Shown here: piece by piece, positions 48,992-58,283 of the stretch | Position numbering within the stretch: the first letter of the stretch is position 1 | Layout: every line of letters begins with the position of its first letter | Source: Thermoplasmata archaeon | GTDB lineage: Archaea; Thermoplasmatota; Thermoplasmata; Halarchaeoplasmatales; Halarchaeoplasmataceae | Assembly: GCA_046498385.1 (NCBI GenBank) | Contig: JAWOAU010000011.1 | Coordinates: forward strand, 4,315-68,314 | DNA: 64,000 nt | Reading direction: 5' to 3' | Notes under the pieces: generated by a model | Told to the model about the DNA's origin: nothing | Database searches by the model: none | What the model saw: the letters and a program-made list of their open reading frames with translations, nothing else | Made by a program: the position numbers and the translations under genes

Positions 48992-49872
48992 CCAGAGATT
49001 ACGAAAAGATAGAAGAAGAGATAAAAGAACAGGCGAAGGAGTGGCTGGAAAACGACGACGTGAATTACCTTATAGGATATGAAAAGGGGTCCGACCCACT
49101 CATCGCGAGACCAGTCTTCATCAGAACTCCAGAAGATGCAGACAGGTTAGTATGGAATCAGGGATGCGTCAACAACCTCACGAGATTTTTGGTCGAGAAC
49201 ATAAGGAAAGAGAAGGACACCACAATCGGTATAGTCGTGAAACCGTGCGACTCCAAAGCGATCGTCGAACTGATCAAGGAGAACGTTCTACCAAGAGAAA
49301 GAATGAAGATAATAGGCGTTACATGTGAAGGCATGATAGATAAGGACAAGGAAGAGGACGATACCTTGGCAGATAAGTGTCAGGTCTGTACAACTCATAA
49401 TCCAGTTATAGCCGATGTTGTCTTTGGCCCCGAAGTCGAGGAAGATTTTACAGATGAATATCAAGATATACAGGACATCGAAGAGATGGATGTTGAGGAG
49501 AGATGGGAGTACTGGGAAGATCAACTTTCCAAGTGCATACGCTGCTATGCGTGCAGAGACGTATGCCCAATGTGCTATTGTGAGGAATGTGTTTTCGAGC
49601 GTGAGAAACCACATCGATGGCTGGACAAGAGCGTTACGAAAGAAGATAATTTTTTCTACCACATGATAAGAGCGTTGCACCTTGCGGGTCGATGTATAGA
49701 CTGCGGTGAGTGCGAGAGGGTCTGTCCCATGGACATCCCTATAAGAAAGATGAACAGGATATTGGAGAAATGTGTGAAAAAGAGATTCGATTTGAAACCA
49801 GGTATGGATGTGGATGATAAAAGTCTGTTCGGTTCTTATGATAAAGATGATCCAGAGGAGGTCATTGTATAG
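48988..49872 (+). CDS. flxC: FlxC-like Fe-S protein
   Basis: [38 protein letters not shown]; position between mvhD and flxB. Confidence 0.75.
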   Translation: MTRDYEKIEEEIKEQAKEWLENDDVNYLIGYEKGSDPLIARPVFIRTPEDADRLVWNQGCVNNLTRFLVENIRKEKDTTIGIVVKPCDSKAIVELIKENVLPRERMKIIGVTCEGMIDKDKEEDDTLADKCQVCTTHNPVIADVVFGPEVEEDFTDEYQDIQDIEEMDVEERWEYWEDQLSKCIRCYACRDVCPMCYCEECVFEREKPHRWLDKSVTKEDNFFYHMIRALHLAGRCIDCGECERVCPMDIPIRKMNRILEKCVKKRFDLKPGMDVDDKSLFGSYDKDDPEEVIV

Positions 49873-49873
49873 G

Positions 49874-50917
49874 ATGAGTGATACAGTGAATTATGTCCTA
49901 AAAAAAGAGGATTTAACTGACTTCCTGAGTTCATTTTCAGATTATAAAGTTGTTCTGCCCGTAAAAAAGGACGGAGCAGTCAAGTTTAGAACGTACGATG
50001 GCGAAGGGCCTGATTTGGAAGTTGGGCCCACACAAAAATCATGCAAAGAAGTCTTCTTCCCACAGACGGAAAAGATGTTCGACTTTAAAAGAGAAAGGAA
50101 CAGATTCGTCGGGACGGAAGAAGTAAATTTTGAGCCTGAAAAAACCCTCCTATTTGGTGTAAGGCCCTGCGATGCCAGGGCGATGACACAATTGGACAAA
50201 GTTTTCGGAGAAGACTACAGGGATAACTACTATATGGATCGAAGGGAAAAAACAACTATCATCTCCGTAGGATGTGAAGAATCCGCTAAGAACTGTTTTT
50301 GTACATCCGTGGGTGGTGGACCTCATACCGAGGAGGGCTCTGATATGCTCTGGACAGACATAGGCGACAGCTACCATGTTGAGATTCTCACCGAGAAAGG
50401 TGAGGAGATAGTCAAGAACACCGAGGATTTCTTGGACAAGGCATCCAAGGAAGATGAAAAGAAATCGGAAAAAGTGAAGGAGGATGCGGTGGATAAGATA
50501 AATAGATCACTGGATACTGATGGCCTACAGGATGCCCTAGAAGACGTGTTCGAAAACGATTACTGGGAGCAGGTAGCAGATAGGTGCATAGGCTGCGGTA
50601 TCTGCACGCTATTGTGTCCTACTTGTTACTGCTTCGATATCAACGATATTATAGTTGGAGATAAGGGGTGGAGAGAACGCAACTGGGACTCTTGTCAATT
50701 CGATTATTATTCCATACACGCTTCGGGATACAACCCGAGACCCGAGAAAAAGCACAGGCTGAGAAACAGATTGTATCACAAGTACCTATATATGCCTAAG
50801 AATATCGACGTGATCGGCTGTGTTGGATGCGGGAGATGCATAACGAATTGTCCCACGGACATAGACATAATCGAGGTACTGGAACAGGTGGAGGAGGTGA
50901 GTAGCGATGGAAAATGA
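49874..50917 (+). CDS. flxB: FlxB/AsrA-like Fe-S protein
   Basis: GVRPCD, CFC, CIGCGICTLLCPTCYCF, WDSC, HK, CVGCGRCITNCP. Confidence 0.82.
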   Translation: MSDTVNYVLKKEDLTDFLSSFSDYKVVLPVKKDGAVKFRTYDGEGPDLEVGPTQKSCKEVFFPQTEKMFDFKRERNRFVGTEEVNFEPEKTLLFGVRPCDARAMTQLDKVFGEDYRDNYYMDRREKTTIISVGCEESAKNCFCTSVGGGPHTEEGSDMLWTDIGDSYHVEILTEKGEEIVKNTEDFLDKASKEDEKKSEKVKEDAVDKINRSLDTDGLQDALEDVFENDYWEQVADRCIGCGICTLLCPTCYCFDINDIIVGDKGWRERNWDSCQFDYYSIHASGYNPRPEKKHRLRNRLYHKYLYMPKNIDVIGCVGCGRCITNCPTDIDIIEVLEQVEEVSSDGK

Positions 50918-51854
50918 TTCACCATACAGACCATTCACCGCAACACTCATAGATATCAGGTTGGAGTGCGGTGGAGAAAGACCCATAAGAACCTTTAGAT
51001 TGGAAATAGATGATGAAGAAGCAAAAGAAAATTTTGATTACAAGCCAGGTCAGTTCGTGATGGTTTCCGTGTTCGGAGAAGGAGAATCTCCATTCGCGCT
51101 GTCATCCCCCCCTACCGATGAGGTACTCGAGGTCACAGTGATGAGGGTTGGTAATGTGACAACTAGTCTCCATTCGTTGAACGTAGGAGACAAGGTAGGT
51201 ATTAGAGGGCCCTACGGAAATGGTTTCCCAGTGGGGGAATGGGAAGGTAAGAACTTGGTTTTCATCGGTGCAGGTATAGGTATAGCGCCCCTTCGCTCGG
51301 TATATGGTTATGTTCTCAGTGATGAACATCGGGACAAATTTGGAGATGTGAACCTTATTTACGGTGCCAGGAGCATAAACGATATGGCTTACAAGGACCA
51401 ACTAGAGGAGTTGGGCGGAAGAAACGACTTAGAGCTCTGGAGATGCATAGATTGGAACTTCGGTGAAGAAGGCATCATCAAAGAGTGTGCTGAAGAGGGA
51501 TGGGAACCGGTCGATCTAGATTATAAGGAAGAGACGAGGACTTGTTCACTCGATAACTGCTACACTGCGTTCGTTCCAGAGCTGGTGAGAATCGTAGAAC
51601 CGGATCCCGAGAACACCATAGCACTTACATGCGGTCCACCCATAGCTATCAAACTCACCCTAAAAGCCTTGATGGATTTGGGTTGGCAGCCTTCAAATGT
51701 TTACACTACTTTGGAGAACCGGATGAAATGCGGTATAGGTAAATGCGGCCGGTGCAACATAGGGAACAAGTACGTTTGTAAGGATGGGCCAGTCTTCAAT
51801 TATGAAGAGCTGATGGAGATGAAACCGGAGAACGAAGTCACCGAGGAGGCCTAG
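50907..51854 (+). CDS. flxA: FlxA/AsrB-like FAD/NAD(P)H-binding [2Fe-2S] subunit
   Basis: PGQF, RGPYGNGF, GAGIGIAP, CGPP, LENRMKCGIGKCGRC...CKDGPVF. Confidence 0.85.
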   Translation: MENDSPYRPFTATLIDIRLECGGERPIRTFRLEIDDEEAKENFDYKPGQFVMVSVFGEGESPFALSSPPTDEVLEVTVMRVGNVTTSLHSLNVGDKVGIRGPYGNGFPVGEWEGKNLVFIGAGIGIAPLRSVYGYVLSDEHRDKFGDVNLIYGARSINDMAYKDQLEELGGRNDLELWRCIDWNFGEEGIIKECAEEGWEPVDLDYKEETRTCSLDNCYTAFVPELVRIVEPDPENTIALTCGPPIAIKLTLKALMDLGWQPSNVYTTLENRMKCGIGKCGRCNIGNKYVCKDGPVFNYEELMEMKPENEVTEEA

Positions 51855-51867
51855 GGGTTGAATTAAC

Positions 51868-52254
51868 ATGAAAGTGAAAAGAGATAAGGAATTTCTTGAT
51901 AAAGTAGAAGAACTGTCAGGACAGTCAGTCACTTCTTGTATCCGATGCGGGACTTGTTCTGCTGGATGTCCTTTTGTGGAGGAAATGGACGAACTACCAG
52001 AGAGAGTATTCGAAAGGATAATCCTCGGTGACAAAGAAGGGGTGTTGGAGAGGAACACCATGTGGATATGTGCAGCGTGCTTCCAGTGCAGCGTGAGATG
52101 CCCGAGGGATATCGATATCGCCAAGATCATGGAAGCAGTAAGACAGATCACGTTAAGAAAAAACATCGATAAAGTAGATTTAGATCATGTGGAAAATATG
52201 GCTGAACTACCGCAGCTCGCTGTAGTTGGCTGCTTCAGGAAGGAGACTGGATAA
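51868..52254 (+). CDS. hdrC: Heterodisulfide reductase subunit C
   Basis: CIRCGTCSAGCP, WICAACFQCSVRCPR. Confidence 0.9.
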   Translation: MKVKRDKEFLDKVEELSGQSVTSCIRCGTCSAGCPFVEEMDELPERVFERIILGDKEGVLERNTMWICAACFQCSVRCPRDIDIAKIMEAVRQITLRKNIDKVDLDHVENMAELPQLAVVGCFRKETG

Positions 52255-52255
52255 C

Positions 52256-53110
52256 ATGGACGGGGATGCACTGTTGTACTATCCAGGATGTACGCTAAAG
52301 ACAAAGGCCAGCGATTACGAACAGAGCGCTATGGCGGTCATGGAAGCTCTGGGGAAACCGTTGGTCGAGATGGATAACTGGTACTGTTGTGGAGCCGTCC
52401 AATCGTTGACCACCGATGATATCATGCACCAGATCGCACCGATAAGAACAATGTGCTGTGCACAGGAACAGGGTGAGAAAGAAGTCATCACGCTGTGTGA
52501 TATGTGCTACAACGTTCTAAAACAGGCTAACGAGAGGATGAAGGATAAACCGGATGACCTGGAAACAATGAACGAGTTCCTGACCGAGGATTCGGATTAC
52601 GAAGGTAACGTAGATGTAAAACACCTTTTCCAGATATTGATCGATATGAAGGACGAGATCAAGAAGCGGGTTACCAAACCATTGGATAATCTAAAAGTGG
52701 CTACTTACTACGGCTGCATGCTGTTAAGACCGGACATTGTCGCCATCGACGGCCCTGAGAACCCGACTATCATGGGAGATCTGCTGGAGTGCACTGGTGC
52801 ACAGGTGATCAGAACCCCGAAGAGGACAGAATGCTGTGGATCGTATCACACGGTAAACAGGAGCGATATCGTTGAAAAGAGGGTGGAAGATATCGTGGGC
52901 AGGGCCGTGGAGGAGGGGGCAGAAGCCATCGTGCTTTCGTGCCCCTTGTGCCAGTTCAACCTTGACTTTCACCAAAGGGCTACCGAATACGAGATACCGG
53001 TCTTTTACCTGACCGAACTGATAACCCTCTCATTTGGATTGGATGTAGAGATGAAGAAACATAAGGTCGACCCGAAAAAATTACTAAAGGATAAGGATAT
53101 TTTGGAGTGA
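52256..53110 (+). CDS. hdrB: Heterodisulfide reductase subunit B (two CCG domains)
   Basis: YYPGC...WYCCG...CDMC and YYGC...ECCG...CPLC; start ATG 52256. Confidence 0.92.
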   Translation: MDGDALLYYPGCTLKTKASDYEQSAMAVMEALGKPLVEMDNWYCCGAVQSLTTDDIMHQIAPIRTMCCAQEQGEKEVITLCDMCYNVLKQANERMKDKPDDLETMNEFLTEDSDYEGNVDVKHLFQILIDMKDEIKKRVTKPLDNLKVATYYGCMLLRPDIVAIDGPENPTIMGDLLECTGAQVIRTPKRTECCGSYHTVNRSDIVEKRVEDIVGRAVEEGAEAIVLSCPLCQFNLDFHQRATEYEIPVFYLTELITLSFGLDVEMKKHKVDPKKLLKDKDILE

Positions 53111-53117
53111 GATTGGT

Positions 53118-53834
53118 ATGCCTGAAGATGAAGAGAAAGATAAAGAAGAGGAAGAAAATCTAATCGACATATACGTCATGGGTAAGAGGTACAAAGTACC
53201 CGAAGGACTCACTATCATGACTGCGCTCGAGTATGCAGGATACAAGTTCGTACGTGGATGTGGTTGCAGAGGAGGTTTCTGCGGAGCGTGTGCCACGGTC
53301 TACAGGAGTAAGGACGAGTACAAGTTGAAGATGGATTTAGCGTGTCAAACGGCAGTCGAGGAGGGAATGTTCTTGGTGCAGCTACCCTTCGTTCCTGGTG
53401 TCAGGGAAGAATATGACATCGATGAAGTGAATCCTGAGAAAAGGGACAACGTGATGTTGGAGTACTATCCTGAGATCGCCAGGTGCGTATCCTGCAATAC
53501 CTGCACAAAATCTTGTCCACAAGATATCGAAGTGATGGATTACGTACAGGCAGCGCTACGAGGGGATATCGAAAGATGTGCAGATCTATCGTTCGATTGT
53601 ATCCAATGCGGTTTATGCTCTATAAGATGTCCCGCAGATATCAAACATTATCATCTCGCACAGCTTGCTAGGAGGATAACTGGCAAGTATATTGACAAGG
53701 ACAGTGAAGAACTTGAGAAGAGGGTTAAAGAGATCGAGGAAGGAAAGTTCGATAAAGATTTCGAAAAATTGGTCAACATGAGCGAAGAGGAGTTGAAGAA
53801 AGCCTATGACGAGAGAAAATTCGAAAAGGAGTGA
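53118..53834 (+). CDS. Soluble fumarate reductase/SDH-like Fe-S subunit ([2Fe-2S] + 2[4Fe-4S])
   Basis: CGCRGGFCGAC...LACQ, CVSCNTCTKSCP, CIQCGLCSIRCP. Confidence 0.8.
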   Translation: MPEDEEKDKEEEENLIDIYVMGKRYKVPEGLTIMTALEYAGYKFVRGCGCRGGFCGACATVYRSKDEYKLKMDLACQTAVEEGMFLVQLPFVPGVREEYDIDEVNPEKRDNVMLEYYPEIARCVSCNTCTKSCPQDIEVMDYVQAALRGDIERCADLSFDCIQCGLCSIRCPADIKHYHLAQLARRITGKYIDKDSEELEKRVKEIEEGKFDKDFEKLVNMSEEELKKAYDERKFEKE

Positions 53835-53839
53835 TCACG

Positions 53840-55492
53840 ATGGCTGACGGTTATCCAGAATATATGAGAAAATCCATTGAAAAAGTAGAAAAAACGAGAC
53901 CTGATAGGATCGGTAAGACCTTCGAAAGGATGTCAGCTGAACAGGCTGATGAGACGCTTCATAACTTCCATCCCGATTATAGAGAAGGTGGAAAAAGAGA
54001 AATTAAAATAGGGCCCAGTAAGGGTGAGATCGGTCCGACAGAACTTGTAGATCTCCTGGAGGCTCACAGCCTCATCGCCCCTTCTGATATAGATCTGTCA
54101 CAGGTAGATCACGATGTCGATATACTGGTCATCGGAGGCGGGGGTGCAGGTACAGTTTCAGCTCTCTGGGCTGTAAAAGAAGGCATCAAACCGGAGAATA
54201 TACTAATATCTACAAAACTCAGACACGGTGATGCAAACAGCATGATGGCACAAGGAGGGATTCAAGCTGCTGATAAGAAAGATGATTCACCTGTACAGCA
54301 TTACTTAGATGCCATGGGAGGAGGGCACTACACGAACAAACCCGAACTAGTAAAGATACTGACCAGAGATGCACCGAAGATAATCCACTGGCACGAAGAA
54401 CTTGGAGTGATGTACGATAGGGACGAAGATGGTAATTTTATCGAATTGCCCGGTGGTGGAACATCTAGGTACAGATTACACTCTGCTAGAGATTATACCG
54501 GTCTTGAACTGATGAGGGTCATCAGGGATGAAGCTAGGAATTTAGAGATTCCTGTATTGGAGTTCACCCCAGCGGTAGAACTCCTTAAGGATGATAAAGG
54601 TCAGGTGGCCGGTGCGATCCTGATGAATTTGGAGACCAATGAATACTACGTCGTCAAAGCAAAGTCAACAGTTATGGCAACTGGTGGTTTCGGTAGACTG
54701 CACATACAATCATATCCTACGACAAACCATTATGGCGCCACCGGAGATGGTCTCATAATGGGCTACAAAGCTGGCATCCCCTTGAGAGATATGGACAGCG
54801 TTCAATATCATCCAACTGGTGCAGCTTATCCAGACCAGATAGTAGGGCTTCTTGTTACAGAAAAGGTTAGAAGTCTAGGTGGTCAACCAGTGAATAAACA
54901 CGGAGAACTGTTCGTGAATCCTCTCGAACCTAGGGATATCGAAGCATCTGCACTTATCAGGGAATGCTACGGAAGAGATAACGGTGTAACAACACCTACG
55001 GGGATGAAAGGTGTCTGGCTTGATGCTCCGTTGATAGATGAGATCAAGGGTGAAGGAACGGTAGCTGAAAGGCTCCCCGCTATGGTAAGACAGTATGAGA
55101 GGTTCGGAATCGACATGACAAAGGATCCAATATTGGTATTTCCCACACTTCACTATCAAAACGGCGGTTTAGTGATCGATACAAACGCATCTACACCTGT
55201 ACCAGGATTGTTTGCTGGTGGTGAGGTAGAAGGTGGTGTCCACGGGAAGAACAGACTGATGGGTAATTCTCTGTTGGACTACAGCGTATTCGGTAGGATA
55301 GCAGGTATCAGTGCTGCTAAGCACGTTAAGAAAGCAAAGATTGGTAAGCTGAGCCTCCAACACATAACGGATTACGAAAAAGAGATGGAGAAGAACGGGA
55401 TAAAAACGGATAGAGAATCGCCTATGCTTCTGCCGGAGTACAGAGGTAAGAGAGTATTAGAAAGGCACCTCGATGTAGAGGTGACCCTGTAG
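53840..55492 (+). CDS. Fumarate reductase/SDH-family flavoprotein (TfrA-like, non-covalent FAD)
   Basis: GGGGAG, SMMAQGGI (no covalent His), QYHPT, TEKVRSLGG, EPRD, HYQNGG, HGKNRLMGNSL. Confidence 0.85.
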   Translation: MADGYPEYMRKSIEKVEKTRPDRIGKTFERMSAEQADETLHNFHPDYREGGKREIKIGPSKGEIGPTELVDLLEAHSLIAPSDIDLSQVDHDVDILVIGGGGAGTVSALWAVKEGIKPENILISTKLRHGDANSMMAQGGIQAADKKDDSPVQHYLDAMGGGHYTNKPELVKILTRDAPKIIHWHEELGVMYDRDEDGNFIELPGGGTSRYRLHSARDYTGLELMRVIRDEARNLEIPVLEFTPAVELLKDDKGQVAGAILMNLETNEYYVVKAKSTVMATGGFGRLHIQSYPTTNHYGATGDGLIMGYKAGIPLRDMDSVQYHPTGAAYPDQIVGLLVTEKVRSLGGQPVNKHGELFVNPLEPRDIEASALIRECYGRDNGVTTPTGMKGVWLDAPLIDEIKGEGTVAERLPAMVRQYERFGIDMTKDPILVFPTLHYQNGGLVIDTNASTPVPGLFAGGEVEGGVHGKNRLMGNSLLDYSVFGRIAGISAAKHVKKAKIGKLSLQHITDYEKEMEKNGIKTDRESPMLLPEYRGKRVLERHLDVEVTL

Positions 55493-55503
55493 GGTTGACA
55501 CTG

Positions 55504-55713
55504 ATGATAGAAGTAAATGAGGATTACTGTAAAGGATGCAACCTGTGCATATTGTTCTGCCCTAGGGATGCACTCGAGGAGAGTGAAGAATTGAACAAAA
55601 AAGGAGTTCATCAACCAGTGGAGATAGAAGGTAGATGCAACAACTGCAGATTGTGTGAATTGATATGTCCGGACTTTGCTATTACGGTTGTTGAGGATGA
55701 AGAAGATGAATGA
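55504..55713 (+). CDS. korD: 2-oxoacid:ferredoxin oxidoreductase delta subunit (copy 2)
   Basis: CKGCNLCILFCP / CNNCRLCELICPDFAI. Confidence 0.88.
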   Translation: MIEVNEDYCKGCNLCILFCPRDALEESEELNKKGVHQPVEIEGRCNNCRLCELICPDFAITVVEDEEDE

Positions 55714-56869
55714 AGAAGATTTCGACTTAGAGAAGGTAAAAAAGGTATTGGGTGCCAAGCAGCAGTTCATCCACGGCGATGCAGCCGTTTGCTACGGTGC
55801 ACTATTGGCGGGGTGCACTTTCTTCGGCGGATATCCCATAACACCGGCTTCTGAGATAGCCGAGATGATGTCAAGACTGCTACCCAAGGTCAGTGGTAGA
55901 TATATCCAGATGGAGGACGAGTTGGCGAGTATGGCATCGATCATCGGATCTTCGTGGACAGGTGCCAAAGCCATGACTGCAACCAGTGGACCCGGTTTTT
56001 CCCTTATGCAGGAGAATATAGGTTTCGCTGCTATGAGTGAAACACCAGTTGTTGTTGCTAATGTTCAAAGATCGGGGCCGTCTACAGGTCAGCCTACGTT
56101 GGGGGCACAGGGAGATGTCATGCAGGGCAGGTACGGCTCTCACGGTGATTATCATCCCATAGTTTTATCTCCTAACACTATCCAAGAGACCGTAGAATTA
56201 ACGATCAGAAGTTTCAATCTTGCAGAGGAGTACAGGACACCTGTTTTCTTGTTCATTAGTGCCGATTTGGGCCACATGAGAGAGATGATAGAGATACCAG
56301 ATGAAGTAGACCTATTTTACAGGAAGGAACCTAAGGTCCGTCCGGATGAGTATATACCCTTCGGAGAAGGTAATTACGGTAAGAAGAAAGTCCCTGAATT
56401 CGCCCCGTTCGGCACAGGGTACAGAACTTACGTTACTGGTTTGACACACGATGAACACGGATTCCCTGCAACGGATGACCAAGAAGATCACGACAAGCTG
56501 ATTCGAAGACAGATGGAGAAGGTCACCGATGATAGGGAGATATTAACGGATATCGAAGAGAGAAACATCGATGATGCAGATATAGCTATACTATCATACG
56601 GTATAGCTAGCAGGAGTGCGTTAGGTGCGGTTAACAAAGCGAGGAGACAAGGCAACAAGGTGGGCTATTTTAGGCTTAAAACACTTTGGCCGTTCCCTAT
56701 AAAAGCTGTAGAAGAGCTTTCAACAAAAGTAGACAAGATAGTTGTTGCGGAGATGAATACAGGCATGCTGTATCATAAAGTCAACGAATACGCTGATTGC
56801 AAGGTCGTTCTTGCCAGTGAGATCGGTGGAGAACTACACAAACCCGACGAGATATTGGAGGTGATCTGA
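55706..56869 (+). CDS. korA: 2-oxoacid:ferredoxin oxidoreductase alpha subunit (copy 2)
   Basis: GYPITPASE, QMEDE, QRSGPSTGQPT; start ATG 55706. Confidence 0.92.
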   Translation: MNEEDFDLEKVKKVLGAKQQFIHGDAAVCYGALLAGCTFFGGYPITPASEIAEMMSRLLPKVSGRYIQMEDELASMASIIGSSWTGAKAMTATSGPGFSLMQENIGFAAMSETPVVVANVQRSGPSTGQPTLGAQGDVMQGRYGSHGDYHPIVLSPNTIQETVELTIRSFNLAEEYRTPVFLFISADLGHMREMIEIPDEVDLFYRKEPKVRPDEYIPFGEGNYGKKKVPEFAPFGTGYRTYVTGLTHDEHGFPATDDQEDHDKLIRRQMEKVTDDREILTDIEERNIDDADIAILSYGIASRSALGAVNKARRQGNKVGYFRLKTLWPFPIKAVEELSTKVDKIVVAEMNTGMLYHKVNEYADCKVVLASEIGGELHKPDEILEVI

Positions 56870-56871
56870 AG

Positions 56872-57744
56872 ATGGTTTCAGAGAATAAAACTAAGAACGT
56901 AGACGTAGCTAGCGGTGAAAAGATAAGGGAAAAATACCTGAGAAAGGAGATGATGCCGCATATATTCTGCAACGGATGCGGTCTAGGTAATGTACTGGAT
57001 TACACACTCTGGGCCATAGAAAAGGAAGGCCTCGATATGGATAACACGGTCTTCCTATCCGGCATCGGCTGCTCTTCCAGGATACCGGGCTATGTGAAAG
57101 TCGATGCACTTCACACGACTCACGGCAGAGCACTAGCATTTGCTACTGGGGTCAAAGTAACAAATCCAGAGCTGAGCGTAGTCGTTTTCACCGGCGATGG
57201 TGATTGCATCGGTATAGGTGGAAATCACTTCATCCACGCCGTTAGAAGAAATATCGATCTGACCGTTATAGTGGTCAACAATTTCATCTATGGGATGACT
57301 GGAGGACAGGTTGCTCCGACGACGCCCGAAGGAGATTATGCAACTACTGCACCTTACGGTTGTATCGAACCCCCATTCGATATAAGCAAGATGGCGATTG
57401 CAGCTGGGGCATCATACGTTGCTAGATGGCCTGTTAACCGACCTAATCAACCAATCAACTCTATACGTCAGGGGCTTCAGAATAAAGGGTTCAGCTTAAT
57501 CGAGATGCTTTCACCATGTACGACAGCATACGGAAGGCGTAACAAATTCAGAGAGATCAAGGACCTTTGGAATCACTACGAAGAGATAACTATACTTACT
57601 GAAGATTACGATATGATCATGAAGTATGGTAGTGAAGAAGAGAAGAAGGAGATCAAAGATAAGATAAAAATCGGGGTGCTGCACAACGAGAGTAAGATAT
57701 CTTTAGGTGAAAGGTACGAAGAACTATTGGAGAGATTTAAATGA
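56872..57744 (+). CDS. korB: 2-oxoacid:ferredoxin oxidoreductase beta subunit (copy 2)
   Basis: FCNGCG, SGIGC, HGRA, GDGD, NNFIYGMTGGQ. Confidence 0.92.
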   Translation: MVSENKTKNVDVASGEKIREKYLRKEMMPHIFCNGCGLGNVLDYTLWAIEKEGLDMDNTVFLSGIGCSSRIPGYVKVDALHTTHGRALAFATGVKVTNPELSVVVFTGDGDCIGIGGNHFIHAVRRNIDLTVIVVNNFIYGMTGGQVAPTTPEGDYATTAPYGCIEPPFDISKMAIAAGASYVARWPVNRPNQPINSIRQGLQNKGFSLIEMLSPCTTAYGRRNKFREIKDLWNHYEEITILTEDYDMIMKYGSEEEKKEIKDKIKIGVLHNESKISLGERYEELLERFK

Positions 57745-58283
57745 GGAAGAATATACGATTGTGTGGAAGCGGTGGTCAGGGCATTATGACTGCAGGTTAT
57801 ATCCTTGGAAAAGCAGCATCGGTTTTCCATGACTACAATGCCGTACAGATGCAGAGCTATGGCCCAGAAGCGAGGGGAGGGGCGGCCCGTTCTGAAGTAG
57901 TTATATCCGACCGTGAGATCGGATACTGTGGATTACCTAGTACTGACAATATGATGGTGATGTCTCAACCCGCTTGGGACAAGTACCACAAGGACCTTAC
58001 AGAGGAATCTATCGTTGTATTGGACCCGGACCTAGTTGTCAATTATGATTTCGAAAATGTCATAGAGATTCCAGCCACCCAGATGGCTGAGGACCTGGGT
58101 AATAAGATCGTGGCAAATATTGTCATGATCGGCGGATTCAACGCTGTTACAAAGCTGGTTCCCGACGAGGCATTGGAGGAATCCGTCAAGGACAGCGTAC
58201 CCAAACAATTCACGGAATTGAACTTTAACGCCCTGAAGAGGGGAAGGGACTACGTTACCAGTCACCACACCAAGAAGGATTGA
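57741..58283 (+). CDS. korC: 2-oxoacid:ferredoxin oxidoreductase gamma subunit (copy 2)
   Basis: GSGGQG, SYGPEARGG. Confidence 0.92.
   Translation: MRKNIRLCGSGGQGIMTAGYILGKAASVFHDYNAVQMQSYGPEARGGAARSEVVISDREIGYCGLPSTDNMMVMSQPAWDKYHKDLTEESIVVLDPDLVVNYDFENVIEIPATQMAEDLGNKIVANIVMIGGFNAVTKLVPDEALEESVKDSVPKQFTELNFNALKRGRDYVTSHHTKKD

Noticed and set aside
58262..58283. Convergent 3' overlaps (korC/tadC-like; also 26009-26027)
   Set aside because: Short tail-to-tail overlaps are common in compact archaeal genomes.
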